From Candidatus Saccharimonadales bacterium (lineage in GTDB: Bacteria; Patescibacteriota; Saccharimonadia; Saccharimonadales; Saccharimonadaceae), in NCBI GenBank assembly GCA_049644865.1, contig JBARSV010000019.1:31196-95195 (forward strand): a stretch of 64,000 nt of DNA, in the 5' to 3' direction. Numbering within the stretch: the stretch's first letter is position 1; every line of letters starts with the position of its first letter. The position numbers and the translations under genes are program-made. A model generated the notes under the pieces. That model was not told the origin of the DNA and did not search any database. It saw nothing but the letters and a program-made list of their open reading frames with translations. Shown here in pieces: positions 40,661-49,486 of the stretch.

Positions 40661-42979
40661 ATGAAAAAACAATCATGGCAGCCACCAAAATGGGTGCGCG
40701 TACTGATACCAGCGGTCCTTATAACGACGTGGTTCGCTATTGCGGGAATTGGCGGGCCGTATTTTGGACGCGTCGAGGAAGTCTCGGACGTCGATCTGTC
40801 GGCATTTTTACCCAAGAGTGCTGAAGCGACCAAAGTCAACGAAGAAGTCAAAAAGTTTCGTTCCGAAGCAACCATACCGGCGATCGTCGTCTTCACGCCG
40901 CGCGATGGCGTAGTCGATGACGCCGAAAAGTCGGCAATCGACGAAAAGGTGCCACAGCTCAATGACGTAGAGGGTGTGGTGGGCGAGGTGTCGCCAGCGA
41001 TTGTCGCAGAGGACAAACAAGCTGCACTTATAGTCATACAAACTGATACGAAGTTCAAGGTATCTGAGGTACTCGAAGGAATCAGAAAAGAACTTGACGA
41101 ACCGAAACTAGCCGCTGTCGACTACAAGATCACCGGTCCGGCTGGTTTTGCGGCTGACCTCACAAAAGCCTTTGCTGGCATCGATGGGATACTGCTTATC
41201 ACGGCGCTGGCGGTTGTGTTCGTGATACTCGTGATTGTCTATCGATCGGTCTTGTTGCCGGTGATAGTGCTACTGACAAGTATGTTTGCACTGACGGCAA
41301 GTATCTTTGTGATCTGGAATCTTGCCAACGCCGATGTCATACAACTTAACGGTCAGGTGCAGGGGATATTATTTATCTTGGTCATCGGTGCGGCGACTGA
41401 CTACTCGCTTCTCTACATAGCTCGGTACCGCGAAGAGTTGTATCGACTGGAATCAAAGTGGGATGCGACCCATGCGTCACTTCGCGGTTCACTCGAGCCG
41501 ATCATTGCGAGCGGTAGTACCGTTATCGTCGGCTTGCTCTGTCTCCTGCTCAGTGACCTCGCTTCAAATAAAGCACTCGGTCCAGTCGGGGCAATTGGCA
41601 TTGCCATGGCAATGTTGTCATCGCTGACATTTTTGCCGGTGATTCTTTACGCACTCGGTCGAGCGAGCTTCTGGCCGGCGCGACCGCGGGCTGATGCTAC
41701 TGCACGCAAACAGCATGAAGCTAAACTAAAAAATGGTTTCTGGCATGGCGTCGGTGAGTTTGTCTCGCGGCGCCCACGCCCGATCTGGATCATGACGAGT
41801 CTACTCCTCCTTGCAGCGTCATCGGGATACTTCTGGCTCAAAGCTGATGGCGTCGAACAAAGTAAATTGATCATCGGTACGTCCGAAGCCCGTGATGGTC
41901 AGGCTATACTGAGTCGGCATTTTCCGAGTGGTTCAGGTAGCCCAGTGCTGATCATTGGTTCGGCGCTTGGTCATGAGCGACTCGCGGAATTGGTTGAAGC
42001 CGATAAGGGTATCGACGGTGTGTCGGTGACGGCCGATAATTCTCCAAGCGGCGTCAAACCACTTGGCAAGCAAGAAGCCTCTATCCGTAACGATATACGA
42101 GTAGAAGTGCAGAAAAAATACGATGAAGACCTCGCCAAGCTTGATCAACAAGAAACAGATCTCACGACGCAGTATGGGCCGTACGCGGCGGCTGCGATCA
42201 TGGAAAATATTCGGGCAACTATACCGACGGTTGATTCTATCGTCGACACGGCGTATCCGTTTAAGGATGCGACCGCGAAAGTTATCGATGGCGAAGTTCT
42301 ACTCCAAGCAACGCTGAAGGATGCGCCTGATTCACAGGCTGCCAAAGACACGGTGAAGCGCCTCCGTGGTCTCGTGCGTTCGACTGATAGTGCGGCGATG
42401 GTTGGTGGTCCGACAGCCGTACAATACGACACCAATGTCGCGTCTATCCATGACCGACAGCTCATCATACCGATCGTGCTCGTGGCGATCACCATCATAC
42501 TGATGCTGCTCCTGCGATCGATACTGGCACCAATCTTACTTCTGCTCACGACGGTGATATCGTTTGGCGCGAGCCTCGGTGTGGCAGCGTGGTTATTTAA
42601 CGACATCTTCAAATTTCCTGGTGCCGACCCGTCGGTCATCCTCTACGGTTTTGTGTTTCTCGTGGCGCTCGGTATCGACTACAACATATTCCTGATGACG
42701 CGTGTGCGCGAGGAAGCGCTGCGCCACGGTACGCAAATCGGCGTGATCAAAGGTCTGGTTGTGACGGGCGGGGTGATCACGAGCGCTGGTGTCGTGTTGG
42801 CGGCGACATTTGCTGCACTAGGTGTCATACCGATACTCTTCTTGTTCCAGTTGGCTTTCATCGTGGCCTTCGGCGTCTTGCTTGATACTATCGTCGTGCG
42901 ATCGTTGCTCGTACCGGCACTCATAAAAGACCTGGGTGCAATCGTCTGGTGGCCTAGTAAACTGCACCGAAAAATCTAA
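40661..42979 (+). CDS. MMPL-family (RND-superfamily) membrane transporter
   Basis: 772 aa; two 5-6-TM bundles, each followed or preceded by large soluble loops; GAATDYSLLYIARYREE and LGIDYNIFLMTRVREE motifs. Confidence 0.88.
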   Translation: MKKQSWQPPKWVRVLIPAVLITTWFAIAGIGGPYFGRVEEVSDVDLSAFLPKSAEATKVNEEVKKFRSEATIPAIVVFTPRDGVVDDAEKSAIDEKVPQLNDVEGVVGEVSPAIVAEDKQAALIVIQTDTKFKVSEVLEGIRKELDEPKLAAVDYKITGPAGFAADLTKAFAGIDGILLITALAVVFVILVIVYRSVLLPVIVLLTSMFALTASIFVIWNLANADVIQLNGQVQGILFILVIGAATDYSLLYIARYREELYRLESKWDATHASLRGSLEPIIASGSTVIVGLLCLLLSDLASNKALGPVGAIGIAMAMLSSLTFLPVILYALGRASFWPARPRADATARKQHEAKLKNGFWHGVGEFVSRRPRPIWIMTSLLLLAASSGYFWLKADGVEQSKLIIGTSEARDGQAILSRHFPSGSGSPVLIIGSALGHERLAELVEADKGIDGVSVTADNSPSGVKPLGKQEASIRNDIRVEVQKKYDEDLAKLDQQETDLTTQYGPYAAAAIMENIRATIPTVDSIVDTAYPFKDATAKVIDGEVLLQATLKDAPDSQAAKDTVKRLRGLVRSTDSAAMVGGPTAVQYDTNVASIHDRQLIIPIVLVAITIILMLLLRSILAPILLLLTTVISFGASLGVAAWLFNDIFKFPGADPSVILYGFVFLVALGIDYNIFLMTRVREEALRHGTQIGVIKGLVVTGGVITSAGVVLAATFAALGVIPILFLFQLAFIVAFGVLLDTIVVRSLLVPALIKDLGAIVWWPSKLHRKI

Positions 42980-43027
42980 AACAGTTGTGCTTGCATGAGA
43001 CGTTGATTATTCTCATACTGTTGATGA

Positions 43028-44143
43028 ATGAGCAGAACGTATCATCCTTTACCGTCTTTGTCAGGATCAGAGTCTTGGCAATATCTTATCGGGATTACTA
43101 AGGATGAAGAACGGCTTCCATACATTGGTCCTTTTCATGCTGAAGAAATAGTAAACGAATTTACCGCCTCACGCTTTTTTGGTGGTTTATCTGAGCGAGA
43201 AAAGTCATTGTCCCGATTTGCAATGAAACAATGTAGTGAGTCGAGGCCATGGCGCTTACAAATGGTCACTGATGATAACGGTCTGTTCCCAATTGATATT
43301 CCTCGGCTCACCGTTGCCGCAGAGTTCGAGGATGAACTGTTACTATCTGGAGCGGCAGGATGGAGAGTGTATGAGAATATGCGCCCACGCATCCGAGACA
43401 GGTGTAGGGAATATGGCATAGTCGGTCTTAGGGGGATGGTGATGTTGGGAGCTGCGTACAGTCATGTGGAAGCTCTACAGTATACATCCATGAGCTATGA
43501 TCTCACGCAGGGCAATGAGACAATACGTCAAACAGTCGGTGGTGACATCCATGGTGATTTTCTTGCCCATCGAATTCGATGGACTGTTGTTGGCCCAGTT
43601 ATCGACCCTACTGGTAATCCCCAAGAGTTCTCGCCAGATTATGATCTGCGTTTTGTAAAGGGATATCATTCGGTTGAGGAAGAGCTTACCGCGAGCTTGT
43701 TACTGCACTTGTCAAGGGGCAACGAGCAGATACTAGAAGAAATTAAACCAGGCATACTTCAAGAGCTAGACGAACGGAACAATGGCAGGGTTGGCGGTAA
43801 CTTTGCAGACTTTGGCTTGAGAAGGATTATAGACCCTTCGGTCATATATTCAAGAAAAGAACTGCGAACAGGAGGCATTATTGGCACTTCAGTGACTGCT
43901 CCACAGAGTCGAACAAACCTTGTAGTTGTCTCATGTGAATCGGGCATTAAGATAGCTAATGAGGAAGATGGTACAATATACCCCGGCTTGGATATCGATG
44001 ATGCTGATATCCCGCGGTTTATCGCTCTAATGGCTGCTGCTTCAGGAGGTAGGACGTCGTTTGAACAGATACGTGATTGCGTCATGAACGCGCGTTTTTA
44101 TCATTCTCAGCATACTGCTAATGAGATAGATGATAGCACATAA
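43028..44143 (+). CDS. hypothetical protein (orphan, 371 aa)
   Basis: Long ORF; no family recognised. Confidence 0.6.
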   Translation: MSRTYHPLPSLSGSESWQYLIGITKDEERLPYIGPFHAEEIVNEFTASRFFGGLSEREKSLSRFAMKQCSESRPWRLQMVTDDNGLFPIDIPRLTVAAEFEDELLLSGAAGWRVYENMRPRIRDRCREYGIVGLRGMVMLGAAYSHVEALQYTSMSYDLTQGNETIRQTVGGDIHGDFLAHRIRWTVVGPVIDPTGNPQEFSPDYDLRFVKGYHSVEEELTASLLLHLSRGNEQILEEIKPGILQELDERNNGRVGGNFADFGLRRIIDPSVIYSRKELRTGGIIGTSVTAPQSRTNLVVVSCESGIKIANEEDGTIYPGLDIDDADIPRFIALMAAASGGRTSFEQIRDCVMNARFYHSQHTANEIDDST

Positions 44144-44180
44144 TTGTGGTACAATCTGGTAAATACTTTTAGGAGGTACT

Positions 44181-44720
44181 ATGGCACAATCGAAACGCGT
44201 TACGGCGGCACCGGCGACTGAACCAACTGTCACGACCAAAGGTGAGCAAAAAGGTATGTTTTTGCGCGGCGCCGATTATTTGCTCAGCCGTTTGCCGTTT
44301 ACTAAGTACAAGTATCAGGAGTGGTCAGCAACCAAACGGATAGTCATAGGTTACTTGCTATGGCTTATCGTCTTGCCGGTGATCCCGCTCGCGATCTTGA
44401 TCATCATGTGGGTACGCGACCCAGAGGGCTTCAAAAAGAGCCCGGCCTTTGCAATACTTAGCGTGATTGTAGTGGCATGGTTTGGTGTTGGCTGGGGTTA
44501 TGTCAATTCTCAAGTCCCGGTGGACTCAACAGATGGCCAAGTGACCAATGGGGCGAAAAGCAAGGTCGAGGGCAAGTCAGTGAGTGAGCCAACCAATGGC
44601 CGATCTTTCGCAAACTGTACAGATGCCTTTAATGCTGGTGTATTTGATATCAAGAAGTCTGACGGATCGTACGAACCACGACTTGATCGCGATGGCGACG
44701 GAATTGCTTGCGAGAGATAG
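44181..44720 (+). CDS. membrane protein with C-terminal Excalibur calcium-binding domain
   Basis: 179 aa; extended -10 TGGTACAAT (44147-44155) and SD AGGAGG; FANCTDAFNAG ... DRDGDGIACE. Confidence 0.8.
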   Translation: MAQSKRVTAAPATEPTVTTKGEQKGMFLRGADYLLSRLPFTKYKYQEWSATKRIVIGYLLWLIVLPVIPLAILIIMWVRDPEGFKKSPAFAILSVIVVAWFGVGWGYVNSQVPVDSTDGQVTNGAKSKVEGKSVSEPTNGRSFANCTDAFNAGVFDIKKSDGSYEPRLDRDGDGIACER

Positions 44721-44794
44721 AGGGCATTGATTAATGTCTTGTAGTAATTAGTACCGTGCCGATCTATCGGCGAGCGCGGTACAATTGATAGTAT

Positions 44795-46324
44795 ATGGAT
44801 CAACAACTGGCGCTGGAGATAATGCACGAGGGGCATCACGTATTGCTGACTGGCCCAGCTGGGTCGGGCAAAACGTATGTGCTCAACCAGTTTATTCGCG
44901 AAGCCAAACAGGCGAAAAAGCACGTATCGGTCACCGCCACGACTGGGCTGGCCGCGACGCATGTCGGTGGTAATACCATTCATGCCTGGAGTGGTATCGG
45001 CGTCCATGACAATTTGCCGACTGATTTTGAGGATTATTTACTCAAAAGTCGTCGTGACATCATCGAGCTGACGGACGTGCTCGTGATCGATGAGATAAGT
45101 ATGCTGCATGACTATCGGCTCGATATGGTCGATAAAGTGGCTCGTGTCGTGCGCCAAGATGAGCGGCCGTTTGGCGGCATACAAGTCATCATGTGCGGTG
45201 ATTTTTTCCAATTACCGCCGGTTAATCGCGACGAGGCCAAACAGGGAAGCTTTGTCGTCAACTCGACCGTCTGGCCCCAGCTCGACCCTGTCATCTGCTA
45301 CCTAGCTGAGCAGCATCGTCAGGATGACGAGATATTGCTTGATGTCCTTAATTCGCTACGGGCAGGTGATCTACGTCGTCGCCACGCTGAAGTCCTGCTG
45401 GGGCGGGTCGATGCTGCGCTGGCACACAGTGAGGTGACAGAACTGCATACCACTAACCTTGACGTCGATCGGATCAATCAAGCGCGATTACAGCAGCTGG
45501 CGGGCGAAGAAAAAGTCTACGAATCGCATACGACCGGTAAAGAAAACTATGTCGCTAGTCTGAAACGGTCGTGTATCGCGCCAGAAAAATTGGTGCTCAA
45601 AGTCGGGGCACTTGTCATGGCGATCAAAAACAGTCCGGAGCGCAAATACGTCAACGGATCGCTCGGCAAGGTCATCGGCTTCGAGCAGTATTCTGATTAT
45701 CCGATCGTCGAGTTTTATAACGGTAAGACCGTGACGATGAAGCACGACACATGGGAACTACGCGATGGCGATAAAAAGCGCGCCAGCCTGAGTCAGATTC
45801 CACTTCGTCTCGCCTATGCGATCACCGTACACAAGTCGCAAGGCATGACACTTGATGCCGCACGGATCGACCTACGTCGGGCGTTTGTCGAGGGAATGGG
45901 CTATGTCGCCCTCAGCCGCGTGCGATCACTCGAGGGCTTGAGCCTGCTTGGTATCAACCGCATGGCGCTCAGAGTGAGCGACGAGGCGGTTCGTATCGAC
46001 GAGCAATTGCGCAAAAAGGCCTGTGATGACCATGCCCGCTTCGAGCATCTGCGCGCAAAAGCGCTGAAGCGTGCCAAAGCCGCGACGAAAAAAGCGGTCG
46101 ACAAAGACGCCAAGGCCAGTAGCTGGGCGGAGCGGTTAGAGAAAATGCGCGAGAAGCATCCCAATGCCTATCGTCCCTGGAGTGACAAAGATGATGCCGA
46201 ACTTCAGCAGCTATTTCAGCAGGGTACGGATATGAAAACTCTTAGTAAGAAATTTGGCCGTCACCAACGCTCAATCCTACTGCGACTACAAAAGCATTTT
46301 GGGGAAGATGTCGTAGAGAATTAG
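44795..46324 (+). CDS. PIF1/RecD-like SF1 helicase with C-terminal HTH region
   Basis: 509 aa; Walker A TGPAGSGKTY, Walker B LVIDEISML, ITVHKSQGMTLD; the C-terminal WSDKDDAELQQLFQQGTDMKTLSKKFGRHQRSI resembles an HTH tail. Confidence 0.88.
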   Translation: MDQQLALEIMHEGHHVLLTGPAGSGKTYVLNQFIREAKQAKKHVSVTATTGLAATHVGGNTIHAWSGIGVHDNLPTDFEDYLLKSRRDIIELTDVLVIDEISMLHDYRLDMVDKVARVVRQDERPFGGIQVIMCGDFFQLPPVNRDEAKQGSFVVNSTVWPQLDPVICYLAEQHRQDDEILLDVLNSLRAGDLRRRHAEVLLGRVDAALAHSEVTELHTTNLDVDRINQARLQQLAGEEKVYESHTTGKENYVASLKRSCIAPEKLVLKVGALVMAIKNSPERKYVNGSLGKVIGFEQYSDYPIVEFYNGKTVTMKHDTWELRDGDKKRASLSQIPLRLAYAITVHKSQGMTLDAARIDLRRAFVEGMGYVALSRVRSLEGLSLLGINRMALRVSDEAVRIDEQLRKKACDDHARFEHLRAKALKRAKAATKKAVDKDAKASSWAERLEKMREKHPNAYRPWSDKDDAELQQLFQQGTDMKTLSKKFGRHQRSILLRLQKHFGEDVVEN

Positions 46325-46348
46325 CTATGCGTAGTATACTGATTTTAG

Positions 46349-47518
46349 ATGAAACACGGTCACGATATAGACTTTACTCCTTTAGACACTGCAACTAGCT
46401 TTTCACGCAGCGTAGTGACATTGCTGCCAGCTTTTCTGGTGCATCGTTTGGCCGCAAACAGGATCAGCTATATGCAGTGGCTAATGACGGGATGGATAAT
46501 TATTTTGGGAATCTCTATTCCCCTTGGGCTAAGCGGACTACTGAGCCAAATGTTCGATACAAAAACCTATGGCTACTTAGTAGTTTTTTTGTTTGTATGT
46601 AATATGACGGTCGGACAGTGGTTGATGTGGGCGCTCGCAACGCATAATGACCAGCGTCTTGCAAAGTTTGCATCGAGCAATAGCCTTTACCTGGGGAACA
46701 ACCTGGCTAGCGGTGACTCTGTTGGAATGATGTTGCAAGCGGGAAAGAAAAAAGATGTCAATTCGATTGTAACTATTTCCAACAAGACTGCACCAGATGT
46801 AATGATTGGCTCAAGGACGATAGAAACCGGCAGTGGACGATTCGCTTCATACTGGGATATCGGTTTTATTGTCATGAGACTACCGCGAAAATTGCCGCAT
46901 ATAGTACTCGATGCAAGGCGCAATAATCGCTTTCATCGACTTACTAACCTGACGGACCAATTTAAAAAGCATCAGATGCTTGAGCTGGAAGGCAATTTTG
47001 GCCAATACTTTACCGTATTTTGCCCTGCAGGCAAGGAACGTGATGCCCTCTACTTGTTTACGCCAGACGTCATGCAGTCGGCTATTGATAATTTGCAAGG
47101 TGAGTGTGATATAGAGATTGTTGAAGACAGACTCTACATTTATCAGAACCAGCCATTTACTGTGGATGCCAAAAGTTATAAAAAGATATACGAAAGCTCA
47201 TTGGCGATATTTGAGCAAATTAAACACCAGGCAGAGAAGTACTCGCCTCAAACCGTCTCGTCACAATCACTTTCTCGGGTTAGTCGTCAATGCCAACCTG
47301 ACGGACTATTGCAAAAGGCGATGCACTGGACTCAGTGGTGGCGTATCTGTGCATGGCTTTTTATCATCAGCAGTTTGATGATAATGGTATGGGCTTTTAT
47401 CGATACGTCTTATCCTGGAAAATTTGATGCACTGTTTAATGTTGCGAGTATTGGAATCTATGTCGGTGGCATAGGTGTATTTGTCGGTGGATGGATACTA
47501 CGATACAGAGCAGAGTAA
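46349..47518 (+). CDS. 2+2-TM membrane protein, paralog of 37182-38261
   Basis: 389 aa; 24 nt after the helicase stop; blocks LPRKLPHIVLDARRNN and LEGNFGQYFTVFCPAGKERDALYLFTPDVM. Confidence 0.7.
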   Translation: MKHGHDIDFTPLDTATSFSRSVVTLLPAFLVHRLAANRISYMQWLMTGWIIILGISIPLGLSGLLSQMFDTKTYGYLVVFLFVCNMTVGQWLMWALATHNDQRLAKFASSNSLYLGNNLASGDSVGMMLQAGKKKDVNSIVTISNKTAPDVMIGSRTIETGSGRFASYWDIGFIVMRLPRKLPHIVLDARRNNRFHRLTNLTDQFKKHQMLELEGNFGQYFTVFCPAGKERDALYLFTPDVMQSAIDNLQGECDIEIVEDRLYIYQNQPFTVDAKSYKKIYESSLAIFEQIKHQAEKYSPQTVSSQSLSRVSRQCQPDGLLQKAMHWTQWWRICAWLFIISSLMIMVWAFIDTSYPGKFDALFNVASIGIYVGGIGVFVGGWILRYRAE

Positions 47519-48331
47519 TTAATGCGCGGCAGGATAGTGTCCGAGAAGACGTAGGGTGCAGCCTTGAGCCATGAGCTCATCGGTAACGATCGTGAATGTG
47601 GGCTTGTCGCACTCGGCGTCGATGAAAAATTGGTAGCGGAATCGTTCGCCGCGGATAGGGCGGGATTGGAGTTTGGTGAGGTTGACATGGCGATCGTTGA
47701 AAACACCGAGGGCGCGGTACAGCGCGCCAGGAGCGTGTGACGTTGTCAGCACGAGGGATACTTTATCGGCATTTGGTGGTGTAGTGCCGGAAAGATCGAG
47801 AATTACAAAGCGTGTTAAGTTGGTTTTCTCGTCCTCAATGTCACGTGCAATACAGTGCATATCATATAGTTTGGCAGCTTGTGTGCCGGCGATGGCAGCA
47901 GCATGGGTGCTGCCTTGCTGTTTGATGTACTCGACAGCACCGGCCGTGTCATGATGCTCGATCAGTTCGGCACGTGGCAGATTTGTTTCGAGCCATTCAC
48001 GGCATTGGTTGAGCGCAACGGGGTGAGAATAGACCTCTTGTATATCTGATAGCTTCGCAGATGGGGCGGAAATCAGTTGTTGGTGGATGTGCTTGATCTC
48101 CTCGCCAACGATTGGGAATTTGTAGCGTAGCAATAGATCATAGACGTCACCGATTGAGCCATACAGTGAGTTTTCGATAGCACAAACAGCTTTGTCGGCG
48201 GTAGCGGCGGCGAGAGCCTCAAACACACCATGAAATGTCTCGCAGCAGACGAGTTCGCAGTCATCACCAAAGTGCCGCCTCGCGACCGCGTCGTGAAATG
48301 AGCCGGCTTGGCCTTGGATAGCGATTTTCAC
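47519..48331 (-). CDS. pheA: prephenate dehydratase (PDT + ACT domains)
   Basis: 270 aa, GTG start; IAIQGQAGSFHD, NLTRFVIL, C-terminal ACT-like region. Confidence 0.88.
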   Translation of the reverse strand: MKIAIQGQAGSFHDAVARRHFGDDCELVCCETFHGVFEALAAATADKAVCAIENSLYGSIGDVYDLLLRYKFPIVGEEIKHIHQQLISAPSAKLSDIQEVYSHPVALNQCREWLETNLPRAELIEHHDTAGAVEYIKQQGSTHAAAIAGTQAAKLYDMHCIARDIEDEKTNLTRFVILDLSGTTPPNADKVSLVLTTSHAPGALYRALGVFNDRHVNLTKLQSRPIRGERFRYQFFIDAECDKPTFTIVTDELMAQGCTLRLLGHYPAAH

Positions 48332-49194
48332 TTGACTTCTTTTCTGATACGATTTTTCAGTGTTACGACTTTGATCGTGCCATCGACGATGAAGCTGGTG
48401 CTGATGTTTTGCGTACGCATACGAAAGGGTTCGCCATCGGTGATGGTATGAACTGATTTGACGATACCGGTGTCTTTGAGCGAGCGAATAATGAGATCGC
48501 GGTCGTCGATATGACGCCCTGAGTGATGAGTGATTTGAAGGTTACGCCAGCGCAGGCCGATCGGTCGGACGTCTTGGATAGCGGCACCGATCCAGACTTT
48601 TTGACGGCGCGAGAAGAAACGTTTCAATCGCTGAAGCCAATATTCGAAGTGATTTTTGGTGTCAATGGCAGGTTCATCACGAACTTGCCAAAACCGCACA
48701 TGGTGTCGGTGCCGCGGTGCCGCTTTGCCCTCAATTGGCATCTGGAAACCGATGTCAAATTTGCGGCCAAATAGATAGAAGGCGCTAAACGGTGCAGTCA
48801 AATAGTTTTTATTGAAAACAATGGCGTACGCCTCGTGTAATGTGTTTGTGAGGTTCGAGCGATCAGCCTGATACCAACCAGCCTTACTCATAGCGGCTAC
48901 AAGTTGTCGCTTGTTTTTGGCAACGATGGCGATATTGACCGGGTCCGCTGGCCAGCCGTCAGGTGTGGTGACGTAACGAGGAATATGATTGGGCTTGAAA
49001 ACGACTCGCCAAAACCGACTGATGAGCGGCAACAATACGTAGGCAAGCGCGAGATAAGCCAGGAGTATTGCCCAAACGACGGGGAGCCGATGGTCGAGAT
49101 AAGGGAGGAAGACGAAGGCCGTCGTGTATGTCGCAGCCATGACAAATAGCAGGGTCAATAGCCGCCATAACACGCGAAATAGTCTCATATACAT
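48328..49194 (-). CDS. LssY-C-like membrane protein
   Basis: Start set at MYMRLF (49194), because the track ATG 49251 lies inside the heptamer array; 2-3 N-terminal TM helices and a DPVNIAIV ... APRHRHHVRFW region; GTGA overlap with pheA. Confidence 0.65.
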   Translation of the reverse strand: MYMRLFRVLWRLLTLLFVMAATYTTAFVFLPYLDHRLPVVWAILLAYLALAYVLLPLISRFWRVVFKPNHIPRYVTTPDGWPADPVNIAIVAKNKRQLVAAMSKAGWYQADRSNLTNTLHEAYAIVFNKNYLTAPFSAFYLFGRKFDIGFQMPIEGKAAPRHRHHVRFWQVRDEPAIDTKNHFEYWLQRLKRFFSRRQKVWIGAAIQDVRPIGLRWRNLQITHHSGRHIDDRDLIIRSLKDTGIVKSVHTITDGEPFRMRTQNISTSFIVDGTIKVVTLKNRIRKEVK

Positions 49195-49248
49195 TGCATC
49201 TATGGTAAAGAGTAATTGGTAAATAGTAAATGGGGAGGGTGCAGAGCT

Positions 49249-49468
49249 CATAGCTCATAGCTGATAGCTGATAGCTGGTAGCTGATAGCTGGTAAGACGA
49301 ACGAATACTAGCTAAGGGCTATCGCTAAGTACTATCGGCTAAGGTCTATCAGCTAAGTACTATCAGCTAAGGACTACTAGCTAAGGGCTATAGCTAAGTA
49401 CTATCGGCTAAGGGCTATCAGCTAAGTACTACTAGCTAAGGACTACTAGCTAAGGACTATCAGCTATA
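49249..49468. repeat. compound tandem array: (NATAGCT)x7 heptamers, then ~12 units of a 14-bp repeat built on GCTAAG
   Basis: Read directly from the sequence: catagct catagct gatagct gatagct ggtagct gatagct, then GCTAAG recurring every 13-14 nt from 49312 to 49455. Confidence 0.9.
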
Positions 49469-49474
49469 GTGATA

Positions 49475-49480
49475 TATAAT
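49475..49480 (+). promoter_or_regulatory. TATAAT box 6 nt upstream of the GH1 start codon (leaderless-type arrangement)
   Basis: TATAAT 49475-49480, ATG 49487; no SD possible. Confidence 0.4.
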
Positions 49481-49486
49481 CAAAGC

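Noticed and set aside
49300-49468. Regular repeat array that could be mistaken for a CRISPR
   Set aside because: The period is only 13-14 bp with no unique spacers, no cas genes are nearby, and the units are degenerate tandem copies. It is a satellite, not a CRISPR.
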